From Klebsormidium nitens (lineage: Eukaryota; Plantae; Klebsormidiophyceae), in the NCBI GenBank assembly GCA_000708835.1, contig DF237453.1, positions 1-64,000 on the forward strand: a stretch of DNA of 64,000 nucleotides, written 5' to 3'. Below the pieces are notes generated by a model. It was not told the origin of the DNA. It did not search any database and saw only the letters and a list, made by a program, of their open reading frames with translations. Positions 62,801 to 64,000 of the stretch are shown in pieces. Made by a program: the position numbers and the translations under genes. The stretch's first letter is position 1. The number at the start of each line of letters is the position of its first letter.

Positions 62801-63504
62801 CTACAACTTTCCTTACATCGTCATTGTGAAACCCTTCCCGACGCAACACTTACTAGTATTTCCACAGCCAGAAAGTTCAGCATTGTCAATTGTGCATGTT
62901 AACATAGTAAGACAGCCCTGGACGCCAATAGAAGTTGTTTACTCACATCACTTTCTTTGAAGAGCACGCGCTCCTCAAACTTCTTGAGCGCCGCCGGCGT
63001 GCGAGCCTTGACCTTGGAGGCGTCCAGGTCTTGGAAGAAGAGCAGATTCATAAGGCTTCTAGTGTCTTGTTCGCTGAGGCCGACATTGTTCCGGCACCGC
63101 CGCACAAATTGTAGGATCTTCAGCGTCTCGCGGATCTCATCGTCTAGCTGAGGAAACCTGCTCTTCTCTGGATCCTCAACCGGATCTGAGAAAAATGAGC
63201 CGCCTGCGCTGTGTGCCTGATGCGCACCATGATCCTCAACAGAAGCGGCCCCCTGCCCCTCCCTCTCTTCCGGCAGCTCAACCCTTTGCCTTTTGCTGCC
63301 ATGCGGCTCAGCTAGCGCTTGACTGGGGCCTGCTTCTTCCGCAATGCTCAGATCTCGCAGCAGCTCTTCTGCAGGTGCTGCTTTCGTGCTAGGACCTGCC
63401 TCATGTCTCACCCACTGACCTGGGCACGCGAACGACTCCCTGTGGCTTCCCAAAGAAGCGGGGGTTGGAAACTCTCGCCCGCAGGCGGCACACTTGTGAG
63501 GCAT
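56811..63504 (-). mobile_element. Plavaka-type DDE transposase gene, 13 exons, ~936 aa, open frame; exons 63504-62947, 62386-62189, 61840-61630, 61441-61342, 61149-61059, 60806-60600, 60358-60156, 59858-59759, 59478-59336, 58885-58678, 58287-58162, 57786-57562, 57251-56811
   Basis: N-terminal C2H2 finger (HKCAACGREFPTPASLGSH). Plavaka motifs: PDTATFWEQAQ, APLIMNSDVT..WPFALTSANI, FQECLRLVLQPL, FYPMLFAYVCDHPEG, TCTK..PCSIC, DMMHQTDLG, FRIIKIHLVSHY...STNLFESLDI..KIGYRASN. BAH-like C-terminus ARAVPSFHGRPWY...AQVRLF...RAVHVVP. Twelve GT-AG introns, summed length 2811 nt with no internal stop. Confidence 0.9.
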
Positions 63505-64000
63505 TTCTCTTTGCACACACTCGGATCTTCTGAGGCTTGCAGGTAGACTGTATGCACTTCTTCAATCAGCCTGCAAGGATTTACTTGCTCCAGTGTGGAA
63601 AATGTCCAGCGGGTTGATTCAGTTCTGCAGCGATGGAAGCAGCAGATGACCAGCGTCAGCTGCCCTGCATCTTGCGATGCGGATCTGACTCTTGGCGCAA
63701 CCACCTCTGATTTGCAAGAGCTTGCCTCCCTGGAACTTCCAGTGGAAAGCCACTTGAGGTTCCCTTAGACAAAGGGAGTGCTTGCATGCTGCTCTCCAAA
63801 AGTGGTCGGCTGACACTGTATTGGGCGGGCTTCCCAGGGAAATTCACTGCAATCCAACCCGGTAGAAGTGGCAGGGGGCAAGCTCCAGGCTCCCCTTCCC
63901 ATTGGCACAGTGGGCACTTCCCCTCTTTCTAGCCTGGCTAGGGCAGCATTTATCCAAGAATTGAAGGATTTATGAAAAGTTGCCTTCTTGACCACAGAAA

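Noticed and set aside
51000-64000. TET/JBP, Fanzor/TnpB or giant-virus cargo near the Plavaka gene
   Set aside because: No HxD...H dioxygenase, RuvC or NCLDV core-gene motifs were recognisable in any frame I read.

Overview
Eukaryotic nuclear DNA with GT-AG introns and one ~500-nt N gap (1294-1794). Gene content is plant-type; the style suggests a streptophyte green alga such as Klebsormidium (inference only). Five host gene models could be spliced by hand with consistent phases. (1) A plant MUT-7/EXD3/Nibbler-type DEDDy 3'-5' exonuclease (+, from 12822) that appears to continue into a YbaK/tRNA-editing-like domain and an unknown C-terminal module, with a 1-nt frameshift in a G-run. (2) A ~230-aa protein with plastid transit and twin-arginine signals (-, 30094-32244). 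(3) A secreted CAP/PR-1 protein with a long N-terminal extension and a CAPE-type C-terminus (+, 33470-36941). (4) A partial gene with a low-complexity region and a probable discoidin-like domain (+, 40861-44559). (5) A UPL5-type UBL-HECT E3 ligase (+, 46205-50041). The right end holds an apparently intact 13-exon Plavaka-type DDE transposase gene (-, 56811-63504, ~936 aa). Most intervening DNA is decayed mobile-element sequence: two LINE ORF2 remnants, possible KDZ-transposase remnants, duplicated pseudo-exons and several repeat arrays. No rRNA, tRNA or CRISPR array was seen. All family assignments are from motif recognition by eye; no database search was run.
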